Notes under the pieces: generated by a model
What the model saw: the letters and a program-made list of their open reading frames with translations, nothing else
Databases searched by the model: none
Told to the model about the DNA's origin: nothing
Position numbers and translations under genes: made by a program
Origin: Acidobacteriota bacterium
GTDB taxonomy: Bacteria > Acidobacteriota > UBA890 > WLXD01
Direction: 5' to 3'
Assembly: GCA_963666215.2 (NCBI GenBank)
Contig: CAXWPL010000005.1
Coordinates: 319,331-383,330, forward strand
Length of the DNA stretch: 64,000 nucleotides
Shown: one piece after another, positions 8,908-18,500 of the stretch
Position numbering within the stretch: the first letter of the stretch is position 1
How the letters are laid out: each line of letters begins with the position of its first letter

Positions 8908-10464
8908 CTAGCCGAGAGCAGCAATGATCCGCGGGTCGAGCCCGGGCCACGACTCCAGGTACTCCACCCGGTCGCGACGAATACGCTCGACGATCTGTGC
9001 GTACTCCTCCTGGCGGCCCTGCGCCTCGTACAACCGCCGCGGCTGCAGCAGGTGGGCGTCTTCGTCGCCAATCCCGGGCACCGAAATAGCAATCTCGTAG
9101 CCGAAGTCGGGATCGCGCTCCCACGTGACCGTCCCCTCGGCGATGGCCTTCACGACGGCGCTCGAGTGACGGATCTTGACCTTGCTCGAACGCTCGTCTT
9201 CGTCTCCACCGCCAACGCGGCCGGTGTTCATCACGTAGACCTCGAAATCGGCGGCGTCCTGAAGCTCGCCGAATCGGTTCCCCTGCTGCGCGTGCAACAA
9301 CGGGAAGAACGGGTTCGTGCCAGGGATGCGCAGGAACTTGCCAGCCTCGGCGGCGCCGCCGGCTGACGTGCCTTTGGTCTCGCCCAGCATGAAGTAGGCC
9401 GCAGCCTGGGCCCCCGAGAGGCGGCAAACGGCCGGAATGATGTTGTCGTTGCGGTTCAGGATGAGGATGAAGTCAACGCGGCCGACCTCGGTTGTGGGAT
9501 GGCTCGGCACCGCCGACATCGGGAAGACCGCGCGACCATTTTGTGTGTAGCCGTCGTCGAAGAAGTCGACCTTGCCTTCGGGCGTCTGAGCGACGTTCTC
9601 GAGGTACGACTCGGGTTGCGTCACGGCGCGGTAAATCACCGGCTCGTTGTCGACGTCGAGGCCGTAGGTCTTGGCAAAGCAGCCGTTCTCGGTGCCGTAG
9701 ACGCGTCCATCGGGCATGACCGCCACAAAGTCGTCCTGCACCGGGAGAGAGTTGTTCTGCTGGGTGAAGGTAGTCGTGGTCTTGCCGGTGCCCGACAGAC
9801 CAATGATGAGGCCGACGCGCTGCCGAACCTCCCCTCCGTCTCCGGCCACTGGAATCACTTTGCAGCCGGCGTGCAGCGCCAACCCGCCGCGGTCGTAGAC
9901 CAGCTTGTTCCACATCCTCAATCCGGCCTTCTTGCTTTCGCCGAAGTAGTCGGAGTTGAAGATGCGCGTTGTGTAGTTGTCCAGATCCACGACAATCAGC
10001 CGCTCGTCGGGGTAGCCGTCAACCGCCAGGTTGGGCGTGTAGATGATCGACAGCTCGGGCTCACCGGAGTGAGGTCCGGCATCGAAGTACAGCAGCTGCT
10101 GCATCGCGGCGACGTTGGCGTTGCTGGCCTCGATCAGCAGGCGTGCCGACGTGCGAAATTCCGGGTCGGCACCGATGTAGCCATCGATCACAACCATGTC
10201 GCGCCCGGCGATGTACTCGTTCTGGAGCGCCGTCACGCGCTCGTACTCGGCGCGGGAGATGCACTGCGTGGAGTGCTGGCCGCAATCGTCGGCAACGATG
10301 AACGTCGACTTGCTCGAGCGCGCCACCGCCACGGTCTGCACGTTGAGGTTGTTGTACTCGGTTTCCCGAGCGATCGACATGGCGGCCGCCAAATCGCGTA
10401 GTCGCGCCGCAGTCGGGTTGTCGAGAATGTTCTTCACGTCGAGCTCTGTTTCTGCGATAACCAT
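8908..10464 (-). CDS. pckA: phosphoenolpyruvate carboxykinase (ATP)
   Basis: 518 aa. Kinase-1a loop GLSGTGKTTTTF, and PckA-like length and sequence throughout. Confidence 0.92.
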   Translation of the reverse strand: MVIAETELDVKNILDNPTAARLRDLAAAMSIARETEYNNLNVQTVAVARSSKSTFIVADDCGQHSTQCISRAEYERVTALQNEYIAGRDMVVIDGYIGADPEFRTSARLLIEASNANVAAMQQLLYFDAGPHSGEPELSIIYTPNLAVDGYPDERLIVVDLDNYTTRIFNSDYFGESKKAGLRMWNKLVYDRGGLALHAGCKVIPVAGDGGEVRQRVGLIIGLSGTGKTTTTFTQQNNSLPVQDDFVAVMPDGRVYGTENGCFAKTYGLDVDNEPVIYRAVTQPESYLENVAQTPEGKVDFFDDGYTQNGRAVFPMSAVPSHPTTEVGRVDFILILNRNDNIIPAVCRLSGAQAAAYFMLGETKGTSAGGAAEAGKFLRIPGTNPFFPLLHAQQGNRFGELQDAADFEVYVMNTGRVGGGDEDERSSKVKIRHSSAVVKAIAEGTVTWERDPDFGYEIAISVPGIGDEDAHLLQPRRLYEAQGRQEEYAQIVERIRRDRVEYLESWPGLDPRIIAALG

Positions 10465-10784
10465 CGGGAATCCCTCGAAGCCGCTGTCGATCGCACCATC
10501 TGGCGGAGCGGCTGTTTGAGTTCAGCTTGTTCGTAGATGTGCGGCCTGTGAGCGTTCACAGCCACGGCAAATCGTCCTGCCGAAAGAAGCCCCGTCGCCG
10601 AGACCTCCGGCCGAATCGAGCAGTCGATGAGTTTGCTTTGGGCACAGGGCCCCGGAAGAAAAGAGAACGCCGAAGACATCAGCCGCCACCCCTTTTGCGG
10701 TCCCGGCTGCACCCAGGCTCAGCGTCTTCGCTGTTGATTCCACCCGCGCCGGAGTCTAGCAGAACAACCCTCGTTAGCCGAGCG

Positions 10785-12005
10785 CTAGAGAATGATCTGG
10801 AGGCCAGATTCGGCCAGGTACTGACGGAGCGTTTTGATGTCCTGTGAACGGCTCAGATCGGCTACCAACAGGACGTCGCCGGCGCGCACTATGGCGAGTC
10901 GCTCGACCCCGAGCAGCGCTACGGTTTCGCCCGGCGCGTGCACCATGTTGTCGCGCGCATCGAGAACCACGACGACGCCAGCGCTCGGAGCTCCATTCTC
11001 GGCCTCTGCGAGCCCTGATTCGGAGGACGACGCCGTTCCCATCAGCGCCGATCGGGTAGCAACGTTGCCATGCTCATCGCCGTCGAGAAGCTCGTGCAGC
11101 GCCTCCCACGAGCCGACGTCCGACCAGTCGAAGATCGCACGCACGCAGGCCACGTTGGCCGCCGCGGCGGCAGGCTCCATGACGCCATAATCGATCGACG
11201 TCGCGGGCATCCTCGAATAGGCCTCGGACATGGCGGAAGCTGCGGCCTCGGAGCCCGTCTCTGGCGTGGCCGCGGCGGCAAGCATGCTGGCCGCCGCCAC
11301 GCGCGCCTCTGGTAGGTGCTCGTCGAGTGCCTCCAACAGCGTGTTCGCACGCCACACGAACATGCCGCTGTTCCACATGAAGTTGCCGGCCTCGACATAG
11401 GTCTTCGCGGTTTCCGTATTCGGTTTTTCGCGGAAGGCGCTCACCTGGTTGGCCGGCACCTCGACGCCGTCCTCGGGCAGCGGCATCGCGGCGCCCAGTT
11501 CCACGTAGCCGTAGCCGGTCTCGGCATAACGCGGCGGCACGCCGAAGGTCACCAAGTAGCCCCGTCGCGCCGCCGCCGTGGCGGCGATCACCGACTGGGT
11601 CAGACCGTCGACGTCACGAATCACGTGATCGGCGGGGAAAACCGCCATCACCGCTTCGGGGTCGCGCTCGGCGAGCACCGCAGCGGTCCACGCCAGGCAA
11701 GGAGCTGTGTTGCGCGCCTCGGGCTCCGCCAGCAAATTGTCGGGTGCAAGCTCCGGCAGCTGCTCACGCGTCAGCTTGGCGAGCGCCGCCGACGTCACCA
11801 CCAGAACCCGGTCAGCGCTGCCGACCACGCGCACCGAGCGATCCCATGTCTGCTGCAGCAGCGACCGATCGCCGACGATCGACAGGAACTGCTTGGGACA
11901 CTTGTCGCGCGACAGTGGCCAAAATCGGGTCCCGCTGCCGCCGGCCATGATCACGGCCCAGACGTGCTCATCCAGCATGGTCGCGTTCGAGTTGCTCACA
12001 TTCAT
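10785..12005 (-). CDS. manC: mannose-1-phosphate guanylyltransferase
   Basis: 406 aa. Nucleotidyltransferase motif AVIMAGGSGTRFWPLSR..PKQFL. Carries Ala/Ser-rich inserts. Confidence 0.85.
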   Translation of the reverse strand: MNVSNSNATMLDEHVWAVIMAGGSGTRFWPLSRDKCPKQFLSIVGDRSLLQQTWDRSVRVVGSADRVLVVTSAALAKLTREQLPELAPDNLLAEPEARNTAPCLAWTAAVLAERDPEAVMAVFPADHVIRDVDGLTQSVIAATAAARRGYLVTFGVPPRYAETGYGYVELGAAMPLPEDGVEVPANQVSAFREKPNTETAKTYVEAGNFMWNSGMFVWRANTLLEALDEHLPEARVAAASMLAAAATPETGSEAAASAMSEAYSRMPATSIDYGVMEPAAAAANVACVRAIFDWSDVGSWEALHELLDGDEHGNVATRSALMGTASSSESGLAEAENGAPSAGVVVVLDARDNMVHAPGETVALLGVERLAIVRAGDVLLVADLSRSQDIKTLRQYLAESGLQIIL

Positions 12006-12011
12006 CAGTCG

Positions 12012-13400
12012 CTAGCCCGCAGCTTCAAGCGTTTCCGCGGCAAGGCGCTCTTCGATCCGCCGCAAGCGTCCCTCCACCAGATCGCGAATCTCCTGCATGC
12101 GCTCGGGTGTCTGCGCCTCGAAGCGCATCACGATCTTCGGCCCCGTGTTGCTGGCCCGCGCCAACCCCCAACCGTCGTCAAACTCCACCCTGACGCCGTC
12201 GATGTTGGAAACCGTGAACTCGGATGCGAGCTCCTGTTCGAGCCTGCGGCAGATTTCGAACTTCGTCGCTTCGGTCGAATCGTGGTGCAGCTCGGGGGTT
12301 GAATAGACCTCGGGAAGGTCGGCGAGCAGCGATGAAAATGGGCCTTCCTGCTTCGACAAGATCTCGAGCAGCTTGGCGCCTGCGTACACCGCGTCGTCGT
12401 GGCCGAAGAAGCGCTCGCCAAAGAACAGATGACCGCTCATCTCACCGGCGAGTAGCGCCTTCTCCTCGCGCATCTTCTGCTTGATGAACGAGTGGCCCGT
12501 CTTCCACATCAGCGGCGTGCCGCCGTGCTTGGCGATGTCGTCGCCGAGGAGCTTCGAGCACTTCACGTCGAAGATCACCGTCGCGCCCGGCTGTCTTTCG
12601 AGCAGGTCGCGGGCCAGCAGAATCGTCAACCGATCGCCCCAGACGATGTCGCCTCGCTCGTCGATGATGCCCACCCGATCGCCGTCTCCGTCGAAGCCCA
12701 GGCCCAGGTCGAGGCTCAGTTCGACGACCTTGGCACGCAGGTCGATGACGGCGTCTTCACGAGTTGGATCCGGATGGTGATTCGGGAACGTGCCGTCGAC
12801 GTCGCAGTACATCTTCTCCACCTCGCAGCCGAGCTCGCGGTACAGACGCGGCGCAATCATGCCGGCCACCCCGTTGCCGGCGTCGACGGCGATACGCAGA
12901 GGTCGCTTGATCTCGATGCGCTCCTTGAGCATCGCCGAGTACGGCGTCACCAGATCCACCGACTCCACCGTGCCCGATCCCGACTCGAAGTCGTCGGCCT
13001 GGATGATCTGCAGCAGCTCTTGGATACCGTCGCCGAAGATCGTCTTCGTCCCGAGGCACAACTTGACCCCGTTGTACTCCGGCGGATTGTGGCTCGCGGT
13101 GATCTCGCCGCCGCCATGTACGTCGAGGTGGTGGAGCCCGAAGTACAGCAACGGCGTCGGTATCAGCCCAGCGTCGAGAACGTCGCAGCCGGCGTCGCAA
13201 GCGCCCTGGGCAAACGCCGCGGCGAACTCGGGGCTCGACAATCGCCCGTCGCGGCCGATCGCAATCCGGCTGCCGCCCTCGCGGCGCACACGCGTGGCGA
13301 ACGCGCGGCCGATCTGGACGAAGACGTCCTCGGTTAGCTCATCGTCAACGAGGCCGCGAATGTCGTAGGCGCGGAAGACCCCGGTCGGAACGCGCGGCAT
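12012..13400 (-). CDS. phosphomannomutase/phosphoglucomutase
   Basis: 462 aa. Phosphoserine loop GGEITASHNPPEYNG and metal loop GFDGDGDR. Only 6 nt separate it from manC. Confidence 0.92.
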   Translation of the reverse strand: MPRVPTGVFRAYDIRGLVDDELTEDVFVQIGRAFATRVRREGGSRIAIGRDGRLSSPEFAAAFAQGACDAGCDVLDAGLIPTPLLYFGLHHLDVHGGGEITASHNPPEYNGVKLCLGTKTIFGDGIQELLQIIQADDFESGSGTVESVDLVTPYSAMLKERIEIKRPLRIAVDAGNGVAGMIAPRLYRELGCEVEKMYCDVDGTFPNHHPDPTREDAVIDLRAKVVELSLDLGLGFDGDGDRVGIIDERGDIVWGDRLTILLARDLLERQPGATVIFDVKCSKLLGDDIAKHGGTPLMWKTGHSFIKQKMREEKALLAGEMSGHLFFGERFFGHDDAVYAGAKLLEILSKQEGPFSSLLADLPEVYSTPELHHDSTEATKFEICRRLEQELASEFTVSNIDGVRVEFDDGWGLARASNTGPKIVMRFEAQTPERMQEIRDLVEGRLRRIEERLAAETLEAAG

Positions 13401-13616
13401 CGTGCTCTCCTGGGATTTGCCCGCCTAGATCGGGTGCGCCGTAGGCACCGAATCGAGTGCGGCTTGCAGCAAAGATCGCCCACACGGGCAAAAGGGGTGT
13501 CGGCGCAGCCGTTAGCGCTTCAGTCTGCAGGTTGTGCGGCGACCGCCGGTCACGTAGCCCGGCAGGTCGGGTGTAATCATCGCTGCCATTTTCACACGGC
13601 CGCGGTCGCAGCGAAG

Positions 13617-15272
13617 TCACCTGGCCCAGGCTGGCACGCCGCCCGAGAGATCGATGTTGAAGAGTGCCGGCGCCAGGAAGTAGCACAGCAGCGTCAGCAC
13701 GACGATACCGCAGAGATTGAGCACCAGCCCGTACCGCATCATGTCGCGCATGCGGACAACCCGCGAGCCGAAGATGACGGCGTTGGGCGGCGTTGCTACC
13801 GGCAGCATGAACGCGAACGACGAAGCGATCGTCACCGGCAGCATGAGCACCAACGGGTTGAGGTTGGCGGCGCGTGTCGAGATCCCGGCGACGATCGGCA
13901 GCATCACTTCGGCGGTCGCTGTGTTCGATGTCACCTCGGTGAGGAATGTGAGAATTGTCGCGGCGCCACCGATCAACCAGAGGGGGTGTGCTCCGGCCAG
14001 GAACCCGAAGCTCGAGCCGACCCAGCTCGACAAGCCGGACCTCGAAATAGCGTCGGCCAACGCGAACCCACCACCGAAAAGCAGCAGGATCCCCCACGGC
14101 ATTTTTTCCTGGACCAGCTCCCAGTCGAGCAGCCGAGGGCTCTGCCGGGGAGACCCGCGGCCCGCGGCTCGCGGCTGCGAGGGTGTTCTCGATCCTGAGG
14201 ATTCAGACCTCGAACCGTCGGGCGGCTCGGCCTTGCCGGCCGGCAGCACGAACAGGAGCAGACCCATGGCCATCGCCACCACGCCGTCGTTGATGCCACG
14301 AGCGGCAGCCTCGGGCAGCATCTCGCTCCAGCCAGGAATCACGAACAGCTGCAAATCGATTGGCCGGCGGAAGATCCATAACATCGCCGTCGAAACGAAC
14401 ATGACGAGTACGCGGCGCTCTGCACCCGACATGTCGCCGAGCTTCGCCAATTCTGCGGCCAGCACCTCTTCGGCGTCGCCGTCTGTGGGTTTCATGGTGA
14501 AGGTCAGTACAAGCCACGCGACGGGCAGCATCAGCAACACAAGCGGCAAACCGAACGCCAGCCAGGTCGCGAACGCTATCGGCGGAGCGCTCGGGAACAG
14601 ACTGCCGTAGATGCCCTGCATCGAGATATTCGGCGGCGTGCCGATAGGCGTGGCAACGCCTCCGATACTGGCCGAGTAGGCGATCCCGAGCATCAACGCC
14701 GTCGCGAATCGCAGTCGCGAGCCGAAGTGGTGCACCACGGCCATTCCGATCGGCAACATCATCAGCGCCGTAGCCGTGTTCGAGATCCACATCGAAAGGA
14801 ACGCAGTCGACACCATGAAACCGAAGATCAAACGCTTCGGCTTGGCACCAATCAGGGCGATCGTTCGAAGCGCCAAGCGGCGGTGAAGGTTGCAGCTCTC
14901 CATCGCGATCGCCATCAGGAAACCACCAAGGAAGAGGTAGATCCGCCAGTTCCCATAGTTGGCGGTGACCTGCGCCATCGAGAACCGGTCGCCGGCCAGC
15001 AGCGGCAACAGCACCATCGGCGCCAGCGACGTGACGGGTATGGGAAGCGCCTCGGTCATCCACCAGATCGCCATCAGAACCGTCAGCGCGGCGACGACGG
15101 CGAGCGTCCCCGCCTCTAACCCGGCCCCGACCTCACCCGGTTCCGGAAGGACGCCAGACAGAACGTCGCTCGGCATCACCTGCGGCCGCCACAACAACAG
15201 GACGAGCAGACTGACCGTGAGCCCGGCGACGAGCCCGCGCAGATTGAAGTGATTGTGGCCTGGCTCGCTCAT
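13617..15272 (-). CDS. DASS/SLC13 family anion:sodium symporter
   Basis: 551 aa, polytopic. N-terminal signature AIWWMTEALPIPVTSLAPMVLLPL. The central loop carries a Ser/Arg/Pro-rich stretch. Confidence 0.8.
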   Translation of the reverse strand: MSEPGHNHFNLRGLVAGLTVSLLVLLLWRPQVMPSDVLSGVLPEPGEVGAGLEAGTLAVVAALTVLMAIWWMTEALPIPVTSLAPMVLLPLLAGDRFSMAQVTANYGNWRIYLFLGGFLMAIAMESCNLHRRLALRTIALIGAKPKRLIFGFMVSTAFLSMWISNTATALMMLPIGMAVVHHFGSRLRFATALMLGIAYSASIGGVATPIGTPPNISMQGIYGSLFPSAPPIAFATWLAFGLPLVLLMLPVAWLVLTFTMKPTDGDAEEVLAAELAKLGDMSGAERRVLVMFVSTAMLWIFRRPIDLQLFVIPGWSEMLPEAAARGINDGVVAMAMGLLLFVLPAGKAEPPDGSRSESSGSRTPSQPRAAGRGSPRQSPRLLDWELVQEKMPWGILLLFGGGFALADAISRSGLSSWVGSSFGFLAGAHPLWLIGGAATILTFLTEVTSNTATAEVMLPIVAGISTRAANLNPLVLMLPVTIASSFAFMLPVATPPNAVIFGSRVVRMRDMMRYGLVLNLCGIVVLTLLCYFLAPALFNIDLSGGVPAWAR

Positions 15273-15314
15273 CCACCCTCAGTCAAAGGTCACCTGACGT
15301 GGTGCTCTTTCGAG

Positions 15315-16490
15315 CTAGGGAGCTGTCAACGTGGTCCGCTTGACCAGATGGCGCTCGACCCTCTCCTCGATCACCTCGTAACCGATACCCGGAGCGCTCG
15401 GCACCGCCACCTTGCCGTCATGACCAAGCTCGACCGCCGGCTCGATGATGTCCTCTTTCCAGTATCGATTCGATGCCGACAGGTCGTTGGCCATCGAGAA
15501 ACCGGGCAACGTGGCGATGGCGATGTTGTGCAGTCGACCCACGCCCGATTCGAGCATGCCACCGCACCACACCGGGATGTCGTGGCGGCCACACAGGTCG
15601 TGCACGGCGATGCCATTGCTGCGCCCGCCGAGACGCGAACACTTGATGTTGATGATGCGCCCCGCTTCTTTGTGCAGAGCCTCGGCCGTGCGCTCGACGG
15701 TGGACGCAGCTTCGTCGAGGCAAATCGGGGTCTTCATACGGGTCTGCAGCTCTGCATGCCCGTCGAGGTCGTCGTGACCCAGAGGCTGCTCGATCATCAG
15801 GAGCCCCATATCGTCGAGCTCGAGCAGCGGCGCCACGTCGCGACCCTCGTAGCCGCAGTTGGCGTCGGCCATCAGCGGGATATCGCCAAAACGGTCACGC
15901 ACTCTCCGAATCAAGTCGACATCGTGCCCGTCCTCGATCTTGAGCTTGATGCGTCGGTAGCCGCTCGCGAGCGCGTCGTCGATTTGTTTTTCGAGGACGG
16001 CGAACTCGGGCTGGATCCCCAGGGAAATGCCCACCTCCACGCGATCGCGCGGTGCCGCGCCATCAGCGCCGCGGGTTTCGGATGCCTCTGAGTAGAGGCG
16101 GTGCAGTGGCATGCCACGGCGCCGGGCTTCGAGATCCCACACCGCCTCTTCGATCGCCGCCCGCGCCATCGGATGCCAGTGCCAATCCGCGAGCACACGC
16201 CCGAGCGCGGCCGCTGCGCCCTCCTCCGGCAGCTCCGCCGCAAACGTGTCGGCAGCGAGAAAGTCCTCGATGATGTGCCAGCACGTGCCGACCGTTTCGT
16301 ACGAGTAACGGGGTGGCCAGTCGGCGCCAGCTTCGCCCCACCCTGTCACGCCCTCGGCGTGCGCTCGCACCAGCAGGATGTTGCGTTCGTGTATGCCGCC
16401 GCGCGAGGTGGCGAACCACCCGACCAGCGGCATCTTGATCCATATCAGATCGAGCGCTTCGATTCGCATTGATTGCCTCTTGTTGTGCAC
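15315..16490 (-). CDS. enolase-superfamily enzyme, o-succinylbenzoate synthase / N-acylamino-acid racemase subgroup
   Basis: 391 aa. Contains KxK (RRIKLKI), MADAN, MIEQP, CLDE and IKCSRLGG, which are the catalytic Lys and metal-ligand pattern of the MLE subgroup. Confidence 0.85.
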   Translation of the reverse strand: MHNKRQSMRIEALDLIWIKMPLVGWFATSRGGIHERNILLVRAHAEGVTGWGEAGADWPPRYSYETVGTCWHIIEDFLAADTFAAELPEEGAAAALGRVLADWHWHPMARAAIEEAVWDLEARRRGMPLHRLYSEASETRGADGAAPRDRVEVGISLGIQPEFAVLEKQIDDALASGYRRIKLKIEDGHDVDLIRRVRDRFGDIPLMADANCGYEGRDVAPLLELDDMGLLMIEQPLGHDDLDGHAELQTRMKTPICLDEAASTVERTAEALHKEAGRIINIKCSRLGGRSNGIAVHDLCGRHDIPVWCGGMLESGVGRLHNIAIATLPGFSMANDLSASNRYWKEDIIEPAVELGHDGKVAVPSAPGIGYEVIEERVERHLVKRTTLTAP

Positions 16491-16532
16491 GTCTCGGTGG
16501 GAGCGGGTTGGCGGCCAGGCCAGGAGGCCCGT

Positions 16533-17432
16533 TCAGCTCAACCAGGAATCCGCCCCTGGCTCTACCTCAGGGTCGCTCAGCTCGAGCAGGTAGTACGTCC
16601 GTCGCTGTCCGTTGGCGTCGGGTGGGGTCGGAAAGCACTCTCGCGCGTGATAGCCGCGATCGAAGTAACCCACCAGTACCGCACGAGTCGCCGCACGCCA
16701 GGCCAGTGCAGCCTCTCGATCGGTCGCTTTGATTGCCTGGATCGATCGCGGGATCTCACACAGTAAGCGCGCCTCGTCCAGAGCGAGTCGAGGCTCTCCC
16801 GGCCACTCCACTCCGTCGCGCTCCACCGCATCCAGAGCGCTTGGAAGTGTGGCGCGCTCCGCCGACAGGCGCTCGACGAGCGCCTTCGTGTTGCCGGAGC
16901 GCCGCTGCGCCACGCGGCTGGCGCTCAGATACCAGTCGGCTCGAAAGCGGTCGGTGGGCGTCCCCTGATGCAACGGGCTGGTGGTATCGCCATACATATT
17001 GGGCCAATACGTCTGTGCCACGACTCCGAGCTTGCCGAAGTTGAAATACCCGTTGAGCGACTCCAACGGGTCGTACGTCCAGCACATCAACTCAAGTCCC
17101 TGCTCGAGAGCCACATCGCGCTGCGCCCATTTGAGAGCCGTTCCCAGCCCGGAGTCGCGCAAATCCGAGCGCACCGCGGTCATCTGCGAGTAGTGCATCA
17201 ACCGACCGTCGTCGAGGCGCCCGAGAAAGCCGTAGCAAAAGGCGAGCATCGCCGCCTCGGTGTCGAAGGCACCGAGCAGAATGCCCCCCGCCTTGCGCGC
17301 GGCGATGAGCTGCGTCAGAGGAATGACGTCACGGTCGCAGGAAAACCCCCAAGCGTGCTTCTGGAGCTCTTCGCACGCGTGCAGCTCGTCGAACTCGACG
17401 ATGTCGCGTATCTCGATCTCGCTCGGTTGCAT
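16533..17432 (-). CDS. GNAT-superfamily acyltransferase-like protein (COG3375-like)
   Basis: 299 aa. The segment MHYSQMTAVRSDLRDSGLGTALKWAQRDVALEQGLELMCWTYDPLESLNGYFNFGKLG resembles the GNAT acyl-CoA binding core. Lies 42 nt upstream of the enolase-superfamily gene. Confidence 0.6.
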   Translation of the reverse strand: MQPSEIEIRDIVEFDELHACEELQKHAWGFSCDRDVIPLTQLIAARKAGGILLGAFDTEAAMLAFCYGFLGRLDDGRLMHYSQMTAVRSDLRDSGLGTALKWAQRDVALEQGLELMCWTYDPLESLNGYFNFGKLGVVAQTYWPNMYGDTTSPLHQGTPTDRFRADWYLSASRVAQRRSGNTKALVERLSAERATLPSALDAVERDGVEWPGEPRLALDEARLLCEIPRSIQAIKATDREAALAWRAATRAVLVGYFDRGYHARECFPTPPDANGQRRTYYLLELSDPEVEPGADSWLS

Positions 17433-17563
17433 ATGACCGCTCTCAGCCTCAAGACCGCCCCACGATCGCCACGCGGGCGTCCGACGACGCGATGATACGT
17501 CAGCGACGAGGGCGGCGGCAGACGGAGTGGATTCTCAGTTCGGCACGCGGTGGGGGAAGGGCC

Positions 17564-17714
17564 GCTCGGGCGGACGCACCCCTCTGCGTAGCGATGCCCT
17601 GTGCAGTAGAAAATCGACGCCGGCCAAGGCCGGTCATTGAATCGAGGCGCTCGTCCCGGCCGGCGTCCACTGATCGCAGCCAATCGCCTAGCAGAGGGGT
17701 GCGTCCGCCCGAGC
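17564..17714. repeat. ~145-bp imperfect-palindrome intergenic repeat, copy 2
   Basis: GCTCGGGCGGACGCACCCCTCTGCGTAGCGAT ... ATCGCCTAGCAGAGGGGTGCGTCCGCCCGAGC. Shares its ends and internal blocks (GCGATGCCCTGYGCA, AAAATCG, TCGCAGCCAATCG) with 5086..5234. Confidence 0.8.
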
Positions 17715-17729
17715 CCCGCTCCCCTCGCC

Positions 17730-18500
17730 TCAAACCCCCGTCGGATGATCGATCCAAACGATCTCCACCCCGAGCTCCGCCGCTAACCGCTCGCCGACCG
17801 CACGCACACCAAGAGTTTCGGTGGCGTAGTGGCCGCCGAAGAGGCAGTTGATGCCGAGCTCGCGAGCGTCGTGGTAGGCGGACTGGCGCGGTTCGCCGGT
17901 CACCAGACAGTCGGCGCCGCTGGCCGCCGCCTCGGCGAGCGTGCTGGCGCCGGCACCGGTGACCACCGCGAGGGTTTCCACCGGATCGGGCCCGGTGGCC
18001 CAAAGGAGCTGTTCGTCGCAACCAATGGCGGCGAAGCGGCCGGCGAGCTCGGCGAGGGCGATCGGTTGGGGCAAACGACCCAACGTGCCGATATCGACGC
18101 CGGCGTAACTCCCGAAACGACCCGTGGGCTCGGCGCCAAGGGCTCGTGCCAGCAGGACATTGTTGCCGACCTCGGGGTGCAAATCGAGCGGCAGGTGGGC
18201 CGCGTAGACGTTGAGATCGGCTGTGAAGCAGCGGCGAACGCGGGCGCCGAGGATGCCGCGGAGGGGTTGTTGCGGGCCCCAGAAAAGGCCGTGGTGGGTG
18301 AACAGGAGCTGACAGTCGGCGTCGATCGCGCGCTCGATCGTCGCCGCGGCCGCATCGACCGCAACCGCGACACGCTCTATTGCCGCGGCACCCTCCACCT
18401 GTAGTCCATTGAGCGACGGCTCGTCGATGCCGCCAATTTCGAGGAGTCCGTCGAGATAGGCCACGACGCGGTCGCGTGGAGTACCTGATTCGGTGCTCAT
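17730..18500 (-). CDS. Nif3-like dinuclear metal centre protein (GTP cyclohydrolase 1 type 2 homolog)
   Basis: ORF 17730..18761 trimmed to ATG 18500 (MSTESGTPRDRVVAYLD...NGLQVEG...LFTHHGLFWG...), which is the NIF3/YbgI pattern. The start shares 1 nt with the upstream stop (TGATG). Confidence 0.8.
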   Translation of the reverse strand: MSTESGTPRDRVVAYLDGLLEIGGIDEPSLNGLQVEGAAAIERVAVAVDAAAATIERAIDADCQLLFTHHGLFWGPQQPLRGILGARVRRCFTADLNVYAAHLPLDLHPEVGNNVLLARALGAEPTGRFGSYAGVDIGTLGRLPQPIALAELAGRFAAIGCDEQLLWATGPDPVETLAVVTGAGASTLAEAAASGADCLVTGEPRQSAYHDARELGINCLFGGHYATETLGVRAVGERLAAELGVEIVWIDHPTGV

